Source of the DNA: an uncultured Candidatus Saccharibacteria bacterium
GTDB lineage: Bacteria > Patescibacteriota > Minisyncoccia > Phycocordibacterales > Zambryskibacteraceae
Length of the DNA stretch: 64,000 nt
Assembly: GCA_964446535.1 (NCBI GenBank)
Contig: CAYUOR010000002.1
Span: 43,372 to 107,371 of the forward strand
Direction: 5' to 3'
Under the pieces are notes generated by a model. The model saw only the letters and a list, made by a program, of their open reading frames with translations. It searched no databases and was not told where the DNA came from. Both the position numbers and the translations under genes were made by a program. Below are positions 31,233 to 41,321 of the stretch, piece after piece. The first letter of the stretch is position 1, and each line of letters opens with the position of its first letter.

Positions 31233-32423
31233 ATGGCAGAATTTGATCGTTCAAAGCCGCACATCAACGTCGGGACCATCGGTCACGTTGACCACGGCAA
31301 GACCACTTTGACCGCCGCTATTTTGAACGTGCTTCACCGCGCGGGCAAGAAGGCGACCGTCAAGAACGTCGACCAGATCGACAACTCTCCTGAAGAGAAG
31401 GCGAGGGGTATTACCATTGCCCTCTCTCACTCTGAATATGAGACCGATGCTCGCCACTACGCGCACGTCGACGCCCCTGGTCACGCGGACTATATTAAAA
31501 ACATGATTACCGGTGCCGCTCAGATGGACGGCGCCATTCTAGTTGTTGCTGCGACTGACGGCGTGATGCCCCAGACGCGCGAGCACATCCTGCTTGCCAA
31601 GCAGGTCGGTGTGCCGAAGATCGTAGTTTTCCTCAACAAGTGCGATATGGTTGCCGACAAGGAGCTTATCGCCCTCGTTGAAGAGGAGGTTCGAGATCTC
31701 TTGAAGAAATATGACTACGACGGTGCAAATGCTCCAGTTATTAAGGGTTCTGCTCTTAAGGCCCTTGAAGCTTCTGGCGTTGACGACGAATGGTCAAAGA
31801 AGGTCTTGGAACTTGCCGACGCTCTTGATACTTATTTTCCGGTTCCGGTTCGAGAAACAGACAAGCCGTTTCTTATGCCTATCGAGGACATCTTCTCTAT
31901 TGAAGGTCGAGGGACGGTAGTTACCGGTCGTATTGAGAGGGGTATCGTGAAGGTCGGTGAGGAAATAGAAATTGTCGGCATCAAAGATACTTCTAAGACC
32001 ACTGTTACTGGAATTGAGATGTTCAACAAATCGCTCAAAGAAGGTATGGCTGGAGACAATGCCGGCATTCTTCTTCGTGGCGTAAAGAAAGAAGACCTCC
32101 ACCGAGGTCAGGTCTTGGCGAAGCCCGGTTCGGTCACTCCGCACACCGACTTCACGGCCGAGGTCTACATTCTTAAGAAAGAGGAAGGTGGCCGTCACAC
32201 TCCGTTTTTCACCGGCTACAAACCACAATTCTACATCCGCACCACTGACGTTACTGGTGAAGTGACGCTTGCAGAAGGTGTTGAGATGGTTATGCCGGGA
32301 GACACCGCAACCTTTAAGGTTAAGTTGGTTGCGCCTGTCGCTCTTGAAAGTGAACAGCGCTTCGCCATCCGCGAGGGAGGCAAAACTGTCGGTGCCGGTG
32401 TCGTTACCAAGATAATCGCCTAA
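31233..32423 (+). CDS. tuf: Elongation factor Tu
   Basis: [27 protein letters not shown]; own TTGACT-N17-TAACAT promoter at ~31075. Confidence 0.98.
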   Translation: MAEFDRSKPHINVGTIGHVDHGKTTLTAAILNVLHRAGKKATVKNVDQIDNSPEEKARGITIALSHSEYETDARHYAHVDAPGHADYIKNMITGAAQMDGAILVVAATDGVMPQTREHILLAKQVGVPKIVVFLNKCDMVADKELIALVEEEVRDLLKKYDYDGANAPVIKGSALKALEASGVDDEWSKKVLELADALDTYFPVPVRETDKPFLMPIEDIFSIEGRGTVVTGRIERGIVKVGEEIEIVGIKDTSKTTVTGIEMFNKSLKEGMAGDNAGILLRGVKKEDLHRGQVLAKPGSVTPHTDFTAEVYILKKEEGGRHTPFFTGYKPQFYIRTTDVTGEVTLAEGVEMVMPGDTATFKVKLVAPVALESEQRFAIREGGKTVGAGVVTKIIA

Positions 32424-32476
32424 GTACCACATAGAAAATTTGTTCTTTCGGGACGCGTGAAAGCGCCCTAATCACA

Positions 32477-32884
32477 ATGGCTACCAAACAAACCAAAAAA
32501 GCTCCCCCAAAAAGTCAGAAAAAGACGACTAAGGCTCCGAAAGCTCCGAAGTTGAAAGTCCCCAAAGCGGAGGAGATAACTTCGCGCCTGCGCATCCGGG
32601 TTCGTGCCTATGAGTCGAAGATTCTTGATCTCTCGGTTAAGCAGATTATCGATACGGCACTTCGCTACGATGCGAAAGTTCAAGGTCCGATACCCCTGCC
32701 AACCGAGATTAAGAAATACACAGTAAATCGCGCCGCCTTTATCTACAAGAACGCGCGCGAACAGTTTGAGATGAGGATTCATAAGAGACTGATTGACATC
32801 TTGAACCCAACTCCAAAAATCATTGAATCCTTGACGAATCTCTCACTGCCGAGCGGGGTCAACATCGACGTAAAACTCATATGA
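32477..32884 (+). CDS. rpsJ: 30S ribosomal protein uS10 with Lys/Pro-rich N-terminal extension
   Basis: [22 protein letters not shown]. Confidence 0.96.
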   Translation: MATKQTKKAPPKSQKKTTKAPKAPKLKVPKAEEITSRLRIRVRAYESKILDLSVKQIIDTALRYDAKVQGPIPLPTEIKKYTVNRAAFIYKNAREQFEMRIHKRLIDILNPTPKIIESLTNLSLPSGVNIDVKLI

Positions 32885-33327
32885 AAAAAATGAAGGCAAA
32901 AAAGGTGGGAATGACGCAAATATTCGACGAGGGCGGGGAAGTTTATCCCGTTACGCTTGTTGTACCCGTAGACAATCCGAAGAGCGAAGGAGGAGAGGCG
33001 CTCTTCACGGAGGGCGAGAATATTGACGTTTCGGCTATATCCAAAGGTAAGGGTTTTCAAGGTGTTGTTAAACGCCACAAATTCGGAGGCGGTAGACGCA
33101 CTCATGGGCAGAAACATTCAGAGCGCGAAGTGGGCTCCATCGGCGGTGGTGGTCGAGCTGGGGGTCGTGTTGCGAAGGGTATGAGAATGGCTGGCAGGAT
33201 GGGTGGCAAAAGAATAACAGTAAAAAGATTGAAGATTATGAGAATTTCTCCAGAAACTAGAGAAATTTTTATTCGTGGCGCCATTCCTGGGAGACGTGGC
33301 GCTCTTGTTGAATTAAGGTCGCAATAA
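32881..33327 (+). CDS. rplC: 50S ribosomal protein uL3, internally shortened (148 aa)
   Basis: [36 protein letters not shown]. Confidence 0.93.
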   Translation: MKKMKAKKVGMTQIFDEGGEVYPVTLVVPVDNPKSEGGEALFTEGENIDVSAISKGKGFQGVVKRHKFGGGRRTHGQKHSEREVGSIGGGGRAGGRVAKGMRMAGRMGGKRITVKRLKIMRISPETREIFIRGAIPGRRGALVELRSQ

Positions 33328-33332
33328 ATTTT

Positions 33333-34013
33333 ATGGAAGGAATTATCTACAGCATGGAAGGAAAAAAGTCTGGCACGGTTTCTTTACCGAAAAATATTTT
33401 TGGTCTTTCTTGGAATGCCGACCTAGTAAAACAAGTTGTCGACTCTCTCCTCTCCTCAAGAAGGAAACCCGTTGCCCACACCAAAAACCGTGGCGAAGTC
33501 CGTGGTGGCGGTAAAAAACCCTGGCAGCAGAAGGGTACCGGTCGGGCGCGACACGGCTCCATACGCTCTCCTCTCTGGGTAGGGGGTGGTGTTACCGGTG
33601 GTCCAAGAAAAGATAAAAATTTCTCCCGTAAAGTTTCGCAAAAAACTAGAATTAAAGCCCTCCACACAATCCTTTCTCGCAAAGCGAAAGACGGCGAACT
33701 GCTTCTTGTCGACTCTCTGTCGCTTAAGGAACCCAAAACTCGTGAAGCTATTAAAGCTCTAAATTCTCTTTCAGGAGTCAAGGGTTTTGAAAGGCTCTTT
33801 TCAAAGACGAAAAATGCAACCCTTATTGCTTTTGCTGAGAAAGACAAGAAAAATGAACGCGCCTTTGAAAATCTTGGCAATGTTGAAGTTATCGAGGCAC
33901 GCAACATGGACCCGATTTCTCTTTTGACGTATAAATATCTGGTTATAGAAAATCCGAAGAAAGCTCTTCCGTATCTTCCAGGCGCCAAAGCAAAAGAAAA
34001 TGCCAAATCTTAA
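33333..34013 (+). CDS. rplD: 50S ribosomal protein uL4
   Basis: RGEVRGGGKKPWQQKGTGRARHGS. Confidence 0.97.
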   Translation: MEGIIYSMEGKKSGTVSLPKNIFGLSWNADLVKQVVDSLLSSRRKPVAHTKNRGEVRGGGKKPWQQKGTGRARHGSIRSPLWVGGGVTGGPRKDKNFSRKVSQKTRIKALHTILSRKAKDGELLLVDSLSLKEPKTREAIKALNSLSGVKGFERLFSKTKNATLIAFAEKDKKNERAFENLGNVEVIEARNMDPISLLTYKYLVIENPKKALPYLPGAKAKENAKS

Positions 34014-34290
34014 TCTTAAACCTAAAAATGTTTTACTGAGGCCTCGCATTACCGAGAAGGCAGCTCTTCGCGCGGACAAGGGCGTTTACGTCTTTGAGGT
34101 GACGAAAGATGCCAATAAAAGATCGATTAAAGCCTCGGTCAAAGCGGTCTATGGTGTCACCCCGACCAAGGTCTCGGTTGCGAGCATTCCTTCCAAGGGA
34201 GTTTTTGTCAGAGGTAAATGGGGTGTAAAGAGCGGCGGTAAAAAGGCCTACGTTTATCTAAAGAAGGGAGATAAGATCGAGCTCATGTAA
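34000..34290 (+). CDS. rplW: 50S ribosomal protein uL23
   Basis: P.ITEKA, YVFEV, KKAYV.L. Confidence 0.95.
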   Translation: MPNLNLKPKNVLLRPRITEKAALRADKGVYVFEVTKDANKRSIKASVKAVYGVTPTKVSVASIPSKGVFVRGKWGVKSGGKKAYVYLKKGDKIELM

Positions 34291-34294
34291 TTTT

Positions 34295-35131
34295 ATGAAA
34301 ACCTACAAACCTACAACTAAATCTCGGCGCCAGACATCCGGTATAGACTTTAGAAAAATTCTTACTACCGATAAACCGGAGAAATCGCTAACTAGCGGTT
34401 TTAAGCGTGGTGCGGGACGAAATAGACATGGCCGTATCACCACTCGGCACAAAGGCGGTGGGCACAAACGTCTTTTCCGCGACGTTGATTTCTCATACGA
34501 CAAGTACGATATTCCTTTCACCATAAAGACAGTCGAATATGATCCAAATCGCTCGGGCTTCATAGGCCTTGCTCAGTACAAAGACGGAGAAAAGCGCTAC
34601 GTTCTGCTTCACAACACCGCCAAGGTGGGTGATTCTTATATAGTTTCCGAGAAAGCTCCTTTGGTAGCCGGTAACCGCCTGCCTCTTGGCAATATTGTTG
34701 TGGGCACCTTTGTTTACAATGTAGAACTCAAACACAAGGGTGGAGCAAAGCTTGCTCGTTCTGGAGGTAATTATGCAGAAGTGCTCGCCAAAGAGGGTGG
34801 CTATGTTGACTTAAAGATGCCGTCAACCGAGGTAAGAAAGGTGCCGGCAAACGCCTGGGCCACCATCGGCGAAGTTTCAAACAATGAAAATCGACTGGTT
34901 AATCTCGGTAAGGCCGGACGCTCAAGATGGCTTGGTATTCGTCCGACCGTTCGCGGAACCGCCATGAATCCGGTAGATCACCCGCACGGCGGAGGAGAGG
35001 GCAGACAAGGTCGAGGCAGGAGACGCGCTGTTTCTTTCACTGGTCGTCCAACCGGCAAGGGTCAGAAATCTCGCCGAGCCAAGAAATATTCAAACAAATT
35101 TATTGTCAGTCGCAGAAAAGTCGGCAAGTAA
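34295..35131 (+). CDS. rplB: 50S ribosomal protein uL2
   Basis: GRITTRHKGGG, EYDPNRS, RGTAMNPVDHPHGGGEG. Confidence 0.98.
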   Translation: MKTYKPTTKSRRQTSGIDFRKILTTDKPEKSLTSGFKRGAGRNRHGRITTRHKGGGHKRLFRDVDFSYDKYDIPFTIKTVEYDPNRSGFIGLAQYKDGEKRYVLLHNTAKVGDSYIVSEKAPLVAGNRLPLGNIVVGTFVYNVELKHKGGAKLARSGGNYAEVLAKEGGYVDLKMPSTEVRKVPANAWATIGEVSNNENRLVNLGKAGRSRWLGIRPTVRGTAMNPVDHPHGGGEGRQGRGRRRAVSFTGRPTGKGQKSRRAKKYSNKFIVSRRKVGK

Positions 35132-35171
35132 CGCTTGCTTTATTTTTTAAAGTTTACTAGAGTATCTAGCC

Positions 35172-35237
35172 ATAAGGTCAAAGACAAGGGGCAACCATAA
35201 GTCCTCTCGAGACTAGACTCAGGTTTTCGGCCTTATA
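35172..35237 (+). promoter_or_regulatory. L10 leader-like autoregulatory RNA
   Basis: ATAAGGTC/GGCCTTAT closing stem around AAAGAC..GG..TAA..CCT..CGAG, directly upstream of rplJ. Confidence 0.65.
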
Positions 35238-35242
35238 AAATT

Positions 35243-35728
35243 ATGGCCATTTCTCGTGCTAAGAAAGAAGAAGTATTGGAAAAACTAAGGCAAGCGTTTA
35301 AAAACGCCAAGTCTTTAGTTTTTATTAACTTCAAAGGACTCTCGGTCGGCGATACAGCCAACATGAGAAAAACTCTCAAATCCGAGGGCATTTCTTATAT
35401 GGTGGCAAAGAAAACTCTTACGCACCGCGCGCTTACCGAGGCTCGATTTGACGGCGAAGCGCCGACACTAGACGGAGAACTGGCGCTGGCTTGGGGTAGC
35501 GATGATACGGCCCCTGCTCGCGGCGTCCACTCATTCAAGGAAAAATTTCCTGAAAGCTTAAAAATTCTTGGCGGAGTTTTTCAAGGTCGCTTTATGACGG
35601 GCGCCGAGATGACAGAAATTGCCATGATTCCGAGCCTTGATGTTCTTAGGGGTAAGTTTGTCAACATTATAAATTCTCCAATACAGCGTTTTGTAATTGG
35701 GCTTAGCGAAATTAGTAAAAAGAAATAA
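35243..35728 (+). CDS. rplJ: 50S ribosomal protein uL10
   Basis: F.GLSV...R, VAKKTL, A.IPS..VLRG. Confidence 0.93.
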   Translation: MAISRAKKEEVLEKLRQAFKNAKSLVFINFKGLSVGDTANMRKTLKSEGISYMVAKKTLTHRALTEARFDGEAPTLDGELALAWGSDDTAPARGVHSFKEKFPESLKILGGVFQGRFMTGAEMTEIAMIPSLDVLRGKFVNIINSPIQRFVIGLSEISKKK

Positions 35729-35729
35729 C

Positions 35730-36125
35730 ATGACAGAAGAAACAAAAAAAGCAGAAGTACCGGCGAAATTCGACAAAATTGTCAAAGAGATAGAGGGTAT
35801 GTCGGCGCTTGAACTAAATGAACTCGTCAAAGTTTTTGAAGAGCGTTTTGGTGTCTCGGCTACTGCCGTGGCTGTTGCCGGTCCTGCCGCCGCCGGTCCC
35901 GCTGAAGAAGAGAAATCTACGGCATCTGTAGAACTTGCCGATGGTGGTGCTAATAAAATTGGCGTAATCAAGGTCGTCAAGGAAGCTTTGGGTCTCGGTC
36001 TTAAAGAAGCCAAGGATCTCGTCGATGGCGCACCGTCAATGCTCAAGGCGGATATGAAAAAGGAAGACGCCGCAAACCTTAAAAAGCAAATTGAAGAAGC
36101 AGGTGGCAAGGTAAACCTCAAATAA
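35730..36125 (+). CDS. rplL: 50S ribosomal protein bL12
   Basis: [25 protein letters not shown]; ATG at 35730. Confidence 0.96.
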   Translation: MTEETKKAEVPAKFDKIVKEIEGMSALELNELVKVFEERFGVSATAVAVAGPAAAGPAEEEKSTASVELADGGANKIGVIKVVKEALGLGLKEAKDLVDGAPSMLKADMKKEDAANLKKQIEEAGGKVNLK

Positions 36126-36138
36126 GTAATATAGGCGC

Positions 36139-36696
36139 ATGAAATCCGTTTCCCACATCTTCGGCGGAGAGGCCAAGGTGAAGGTTATGCGACTATTTAT
36201 CTTTAATCCTGGCCTTATTTTAAGCCTAGGCGAGGTGGCTAAGCGGGTTAAGGAGAGGCCTCGAATAGTAAGGCAGGACCTTAGAACTCTTACCAAGGCC
36301 GGTCTTATCAAGAAGCGTGCCAAAGGCTTTGCCCTTAACCAGTCTTATCCCTATCTTAGGGCGGTTGAAAACTTTCTTGTTGATGCCACACCCCTGACTC
36401 ATCAGGAAATTATCAAACGACTTTCACGCGGCGGCAACTTAAAACTTATTCTGATTTCGGGCGTTTTTCTTCACGATAAGGACTCAAGAGTTGACCTGCT
36501 TGTTGTCGGTACCAATCTGAAAAAAGCGAGAATTATATCGGCCATTCTCTCTATTGAGGCCGAACTCGGCAGGGAGCTCCGCTACGCCCTTTTTGAAACG
36601 GCCGATTTTCAATACCGTATGGGTATTTACGATAAATTAATCAGGGATATTCTAGACTATCCGCATCAAAGGGTTCTAAATAAGCTCAATATTTAA
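36139..36696 (+). CDS. Winged-HTH plus degenerate nucleotidyltransferase-like protein
   Basis: N-terminal wHTH pattern; SGVF....SRVDLLVVG resembles a minimal NTase fold. Confidence 0.65.
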   Translation: MKSVSHIFGGEAKVKVMRLFIFNPGLILSLGEVAKRVKERPRIVRQDLRTLTKAGLIKKRAKGFALNQSYPYLRAVENFLVDATPLTHQEIIKRLSRGGNLKLILISGVFLHDKDSRVDLLVVGTNLKKARIISAILSIEAELGRELRYALFETADFQYRMGIYDKLIRDILDYPHQRVLNKLNI

Positions 36697-36824
36697 GGCT
36701 TAAACTATCCACAAGGAACGAAATAAACAGCTTATCTGGTGTATAATAGGTTGATACCCCTTTTAGAGTGGTAATTGAATTAGAAGCTAAGTGCGTTAAG
36801 CACAATATTCGCTAAAAAGAATAT

Positions 36825-37514
36825 ATGTTATTGGATACTTGGGGATTAGGATTGCAGTCCTCTTTCGAGACTCTTTGGTTGGGGATTGTAAGCTTTGTTC
36901 CGCAACTTGTTATCGCCATCCTTATTGTCGTGGTCGGCTGGCTCGTCGGAGCCCTTGTCGGTCGCGCCATCTGGCAGGTGTTCAAGTCTCTTAAGGTTGA
37001 TGATGCCCTACGCAAGGCGGGTTTTGAATCTTTCTTGCGAAGAGGTGGCCTCAATCTTGATTCAGGCGCCTTTATTGGCAGCTTGGTTAAGTGGTTCATA
37101 ATTGTAGTTTTCCTTATTGCCGCCTTCAATGTCTTGGGTCTCGCGCAAGTTAACTACTTCCTCCAGGATGTTGTAATCGGCTACTTGCCTCGAGTTCTTG
37201 CCGCGGCCTTGGTTCTTCTTGTCGCTGGCGTTATCGGAGATGTTACCGGACGCGTTGTGGTTACCGCCGCGAAAACCGCCGGAATCGCTTCTTCGCACTT
37301 TGTCGGCGCGGTTGCCAAGTGGTCCATCTGGATATTTGCTATCCTCGTAGCGCTCTCCCAGCTGGGTATTGCTGCCGCCTTCAGCCAGACACTCTTCACA
37401 GGCATCGTCATTGCGGTTTCTCTTGCTCTGGGACTCTCCTTCGGTCTTGGTGGTCAGGAAGCTGCCGCTCGCTTTATCGAGCGTCTGCGTGGTGAGATGA
37501 AGGGACACGAATAA
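36825..37514 (+). CDS. MscS-related multi-TM protein (TM-helix repeat, CmpX-like)
   Basis: FVPQLV.A..I..VGW repeated as YLPRVLAA; ALGLSFGLGG. Confidence 0.8.
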   Translation: MLLDTWGLGLQSSFETLWLGIVSFVPQLVIAILIVVVGWLVGALVGRAIWQVFKSLKVDDALRKAGFESFLRRGGLNLDSGAFIGSLVKWFIIVVFLIAAFNVLGLAQVNYFLQDVVIGYLPRVLAAALVLLVAGVIGDVTGRVVVTAAKTAGIASSHFVGAVAKWSIWIFAILVALSQLGIAAAFSQTLFTGIVIAVSLALGLSFGLGGQEAAARFIERLRGEMKGHE

Positions 37515-37553
37515 TCCAAGAGTGGTTTATTTAGCTAGGTAATACCACTGTGG

Positions 37554-37592
37554 CAAAAGCCCGTTCCGACCGAACGTCGGGGCGGGTTTTTG
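37554..37592 (+). terminator. Intrinsic terminator
   Basis: GCCCGTTCCGAC-CGAAC-GTCGGGGCGGGT-TTTT. Confidence 0.7.
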
Positions 37593-37676
37593 TTATTCTT
37601 CGACATTGACTTAGGCTCTGAATTTTTATAATATGTCTGCCACGTCCCGCTAAGGCGGGACTGTTTAAATGAATAA

Positions 37677-38018
37677 ATGACAAGATCTCAAAGCAAAGGT
37701 CCATATGTCGATCCTCGTCTTTTAAAAAAGGTTGAGGGCAAAAAGCCAGATGCCGTTGGTGTGATAAAAACCTGGGCGCGAGCTTCTCAGATTTCGCCGG
37801 AAATGGTCGGTTTTACTTTCGGTGTTCACAACGGCAAGACGCATGTTGATGTTTTTGTTTCTGAGGATATGGTGGGACATCGTCTCGGAGAATTCGTGCC
37901 AACCAGAAAATTCACTAAACACGGCGGTAAAATGCAAAAAGAGCTCGAAACAAAACAGAAAGAAACAGAAATTGCTGCCGCCAAGGCTGCTAAGGGGTCC
38001 GAAGAAACAAAGAAATAA
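37677..38018 (+). CDS. rpsS: 30S ribosomal protein uS19
   Basis: [21 protein letters not shown]; own TTGACT..TATAAT promoter. Confidence 0.96.
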   Translation: MTRSQSKGPYVDPRLLKKVEGKKPDAVGVIKTWARASQISPEMVGFTFGVHNGKTHVDVFVSEDMVGHRLGEFVPTRKFTKHGGKMQKELETKQKETEIAAAKAAKGSEETKK

Positions 38019-38020
38019 TT

Positions 38021-38392
38021 ATGAAAGAAGCGCGAGCCGAATTGAATAACTACCGACAATCACCACGCAAGGTGCGCGTAGTCGCCGACGCTGTTCGTGG
38101 CAAAAAAGTTGAAGACGCCCTGACAACACTCTCTTTTATACCAAAGCGGGCAGCCCTACCCATCCAAAAACTTTTGAATTCTGCTTTAAGCAATGCTAAA
38201 AATCTTTCTCTTTCCGAAGGGCTTATTGTGAAGGAGCTTCGAGTCGACAACGGCCCGACTCTCTATCGTAGACGACCGCGCTCGCGAGGTATGGCAAACC
38301 CAATTCGCAAAAGAACATCCCACGTTACAGTTGTTCTCGTTGAGTCGGCACAGAAAAAGACGAACAAGACCAAGTCGGAAGCCAAGAAATAA
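38021..38392 (+). CDS. rplV: 50S ribosomal protein uL22
   Basis: SPRKVR.VAD.VRG, PRSRG.A..I.KRTSH. Confidence 0.96.
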   Translation: MKEARAELNNYRQSPRKVRVVADAVRGKKVEDALTTLSFIPKRAALPIQKLLNSALSNAKNLSLSEGLIVKELRVDNGPTLYRRRPRSRGMANPIRKRTSHVTVVLVESAQKKTNKTKSEAKK

Positions 38393-38393
38393 C

Positions 38394-39056
38394 ATGACAC
38401 ATACAGTACACCCATACTCACATCGCCTCGGCATCTTAAGGGACTGGAAGTCCAGATGGTTTTCTCCAAAGGCTAAATACAAATATGCTCTTCGCGGAGA
38501 TATTTTGATACGCGAATATCTGGAAAAGAAACTAAAAGGATTCTTCGTCTCTTTGGTAGAAATAGAAAGAAGCGAGAAGGCAATTCGCATAATCATAAAC
38601 TCCTCAAGACCGGGTATGATTATTGGTCGAGAAGGTCTCGGCGCTGAACTTTTGAGGAAAGAATTGAAGGCCCTACTTGAAAAACATAAACTTTTGGATA
38701 AAAAGGTGGATGTTAAGCTTGATATCAGCGAAGTAAAATCTGCGGAATCGAATGCCGCCATAGTGGCGCAAATGGTGGTTGAAGGACTCGAAAAACGCCT
38801 GCCTTTTAGGCGCGTAACGAAGCAGATGCTTGAGAAGGTGATGGCCAACCGTGATGTGGAAGGAGTGCGCATTCTTCTATCCGGCAGACTGGGTGGGGCC
38901 ACTATGAGTCGCACGGAAGATAGGAAGCTTGGCCGGATTCCACTCCAAACCCTGCGAGCTGACGTCGATTATTCGGTGACTAAGGCGGTGATGCCTTACG
39001 GCACCATTGGGGTCAAAGTTTGGATTTACCGCGGTGAAATTTTTGATAAAAAATAA
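38394..39056 (+). CDS. rpsC: 30S ribosomal protein uL-operon member uS3
   Basis: HPYSHRLG, RPGMIIG, GRLGG, PLQTLRADVDY; ATG at 38394. Confidence 0.96.
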   Translation: MTHTVHPYSHRLGILRDWKSRWFSPKAKYKYALRGDILIREYLEKKLKGFFVSLVEIERSEKAIRIIINSSRPGMIIGREGLGAELLRKELKALLEKHKLLDKKVDVKLDISEVKSAESNAAIVAQMVVEGLEKRLPFRRVTKQMLEKVMANRDVEGVRILLSGRLGGATMSRTEDRKLGRIPLQTLRADVDYSVTKAVMPYGTIGVKVWIYRGEIFDKK

Positions 39057-39058
39057 AC

Positions 39059-39475
39059 ATGCTTTTTCCGAAAAAAGTTAAATACCGAAAATGGCAAACG
39101 ATGAGAAAGAATCCATCGAAGGTTGGCACTGCCACACGCGGTGTAACTGTCGCTTTCGGTTCATACGGTCTTAAAGCGTTGGGCCAAGCGCGAATCCGCT
39201 CCAACCAGATTGAGTCGGCAAGAAAGGCGCTTTCTCGTCATCTCGGTAAAAATGGAAGACTCTGGGTTCGTATTTTCCCCGACATGCCCTATACATCCAA
39301 ACCTGCCGAGGTAAAGCTTGGTAAGGGCAAAGGGGATCTTCAGGGCTATGCCGCCCCGGTGCTTCCGGGTAGAATCCTTTTCGAAGTGGACGGTGTTGAC
39401 AACGCTGTTGCCAAGGAGGCCCTGCGTAAGGCCGGCACCAAACTTCCGGTAAAAACCAAAGTTGTAGAGAGATAA
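39059..39475 (+). CDS. rplP: 50S ribosomal protein uL16
   Basis: PKKVKYRK, QIESAR, RIFPD.P, GKGKG. Confidence 0.96.
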   Translation: MLFPKKVKYRKWQTMRKNPSKVGTATRGVTVAFGSYGLKALGQARIRSNQIESARKALSRHLGKNGRLWVRIFPDMPYTSKPAEVKLGKGKGDLQGYAAPVLPGRILFEVDGVDNAVAKEALRKAGTKLPVKTKVVER

Positions 39476-39484
39476 TTTTACTAA

Positions 39485-39682
39485 ATGAAAAAAACTTCGT
39501 ACAAAGGAAAAAATCACACAGAACTCGTAAAGAGCCTCTTGGAGAAGCGTGAAAGTTTGCGAAAACTCCAGTTCGGCGTGACGGGCTCGAAGACTCGTGA
39601 TGTAAGGGAAATTCGCACCCTAAGAAAAGATATCGCCCGCATTATGACAGAGCTTAGCCGAGAACGTCTGGCTACAAAATAA
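39485..39682 (+). CDS. rpmC: 50S ribosomal protein uL29
   Basis: RKDIARI.T; operon position. Confidence 0.9.
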   Translation: MKKTSYKGKNHTELVKSLLEKRESLRKLQFGVTGSKTRDVREIRTLRKDIARIMTELSRERLATK

Positions 39683-39683
39683 T

Positions 39684-39923
39684 ATGAAAACTGAAAACAA
39701 AAAATCTAAGATTCTCTCCGGCACCGTAGTCTCAAACAAGATGAAGAATACTGCGGTGGTTCTTGTTGAGCGCTATGAAAAACACCCGAGATACGGCAAA
39801 TTCGTTAAAAAACGAAAAAAATTTAAGGCGCACGATGAGGGTAATAGCAAAAACATCGGCGAGAAAGTTCGCATTCGCGAGACTCGACCTATTTCTAAAG
39901 ATAAGCACTTTGTAGTAATATAA
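39684..39923 (+). CDS. rpsQ: 30S ribosomal protein uS17
   Basis: G.VVS.KM, HP.YGK, ETRPISK.K. Confidence 0.95.
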   Translation: MKTENKKSKILSGTVVSNKMKNTAVVLVERYEKHPRYGKFVKKRKKFKAHDEGNSKNIGEKVRIRETRPISKDKHFVVI

Positions 39924-39932
39924 TTTCCTTCT

Positions 39933-40304
39933 ATGGTTCAACCTCGTTCAATCGTTCAAATTGCAGATAATTCCGGAGCAAAAATCGGGAGAGTTTTTAA
40001 AGTGCTCGGTAGCTCGAAGAAACGCTACGCCTCGATAGGCGAGCTCGTTATCTTTTCGGTTCAGAAGGCTGAGCCGAGAAAGCCGGTTAAGAAAAAGGAC
40101 GTTCTCTGCGGTCTGGTGGTTCGCCAACGAGCCCCCTTTCATCGCAAGGATGGCACCTATGTTCGCTTTGACGAGAACGCGGTCGTAATACTTGACGCGA
40201 CAAGGAAGGAGCCTATGGCTGGACGCATTTTCGGGCCTATTCCAAGAGAGATCGGCGAATTAGGGTTCCAAAAAATAATTTCTCTTGCCCCAGAAGTCGT
40301 ATAA
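39933..40304 (+). CDS. rplN: 50S ribosomal protein uL14
   Basis: ADNSGAK, FDENA, RIFGP, SLAPEV. Confidence 0.96.
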   Translation: MVQPRSIVQIADNSGAKIGRVFKVLGSSKKRYASIGELVIFSVQKAEPRKPVKKKDVLCGLVVRQRAPFHRKDGTYVRFDENAVVILDATRKEPMAGRIFGPIPREIGELGFQKIISLAPEVV

Positions 40305-40308
40305 ATTT

Positions 40309-40533
40309 ATGCACGTAAAAAAAGGAGACACAGTCATAGTATTGGCAGGCAAAGATAAGGGAAAGACCGGTAAGGTTATAAAAGCTCTGCCGCAGAGAAA
40401 CATGGTTATGGTTGACGGTATAAACACCAAACACGTCCATGAACATGCAAAAAAGAAGGGTGCCAAAGGTGCCGTGATAGATAAAACTTTTCCTATCCAC
40501 GCCTCGAACGTAAAGCTTCATGGAAAATCTTAA
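40309..40533 (+). CDS. rplX: 50S ribosomal protein uL24 (short, 74 aa)
   Basis: KKGDTV.V.AGKDKGK.G, PIHASNV; ATG at 40309. Confidence 0.93.
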   Translation: MHVKKGDTVIVLAGKDKGKTGKVIKALPQRNMVMVDGINTKHVHEHAKKKGAKGAVIDKTFPIHASNVKLHGKS

Positions 40534-41062
40534 AGAAAAATCAAAAAAAGTTTTTCAGGCTCTCAAAGAAAAACGAGGGTATAAAAACCCCATGCAAGCC
40601 CCCAGGATCAGCAAGGTTATTGTCTCTGTCGGCGTCGGCTCATATAAGGACAAAAATAAATTCAAGGTTGTTGAGGATCGTCTGGCGCGTATTACTGGGC
40701 AAAAAGCGGCAACACGCGGCGCCAAGATTTCCATAGCAAGTTTTAAGTCGCGCCAGGGCGATACCGTCGGCTACCAGGTAACGCTTAGGGGTTCGCGTAT
40801 GTATGACTTTTTGGACCGCCTGATTCACATTGCTCTGCCGCGAACCAAAGATTTCAGAGGCATTTCGTCAAAGTCAGCCGACGAAATGGGCAACTACACC
40901 CTCGGCATCAAGGAACACAACGTTTTTCCCGAGACTTCCGACGAGGAGCTCAAAGACGTTTTCGGCCTTGCTGTCACCATAGTCACTACTGCTAAATCTC
41001 GAGATGAAGTTGTCGATTTCCTCAAGTTTCTGGGCTTTCCTTTTAAGAAGGAGGGGCTCTAA
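40520..41062 (+). CDS. rplE: 50S ribosomal protein uL5
   Basis: ITGQK, VTLRG, LPR.KDFRG, GNYTLGI. Confidence 0.96.
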   Translation: MENLKEKSKKVFQALKEKRGYKNPMQAPRISKVIVSVGVGSYKDKNKFKVVEDRLARITGQKAATRGAKISIASFKSRQGDTVGYQVTLRGSRMYDFLDRLIHIALPRTKDFRGISSKSADEMGNYTLGIKEHNVFPETSDEELKDVFGLAVTIVTTAKSRDEVVDFLKFLGFPFKKEGL

Positions 41063-41131
41063 AAATTCTTGAATCTGGCTCTGCCTTGTGTTAAACTGCC
41101 TAACCAAGGCTTTCAGGCCTTTTTGTTTCTT

Positions 41132-41317
41132 ATGGCTAAAACATCTGTCATCGCACGCTCAAAGAAGAAGCCCAAATTTTCTACCAGGGCTACTTTGCGT
41201 TGTTTTCGTTGCGGTCGCAAACGCGGTTATATGCGAGATTTCGACCTTTGCCGTATTTGCTTCAGAGAACTTGCCAACGAGGGAAAGATCCCCGGCATAA
41301 AAAAATCTTCTTGGTAA
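41132..41317 (+). CDS. rpsN: 30S ribosomal protein uS14 (Zn-binding type Z)
   Basis: RCFRCGR...[15 protein letters not shown]; ATG at 41132. Confidence 0.95.
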   Translation: MAKTSVIARSKKKPKFSTRATLRCFRCGRKRGYMRDFDLCRICFRELANEGKIPGIKKSSW

Positions 41318-41321
41318 AAAT

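Noticed and set aside
36705-36713. CTATCCACA as a second origin
   Set aside because: A single imperfect box with no cluster or parS support.
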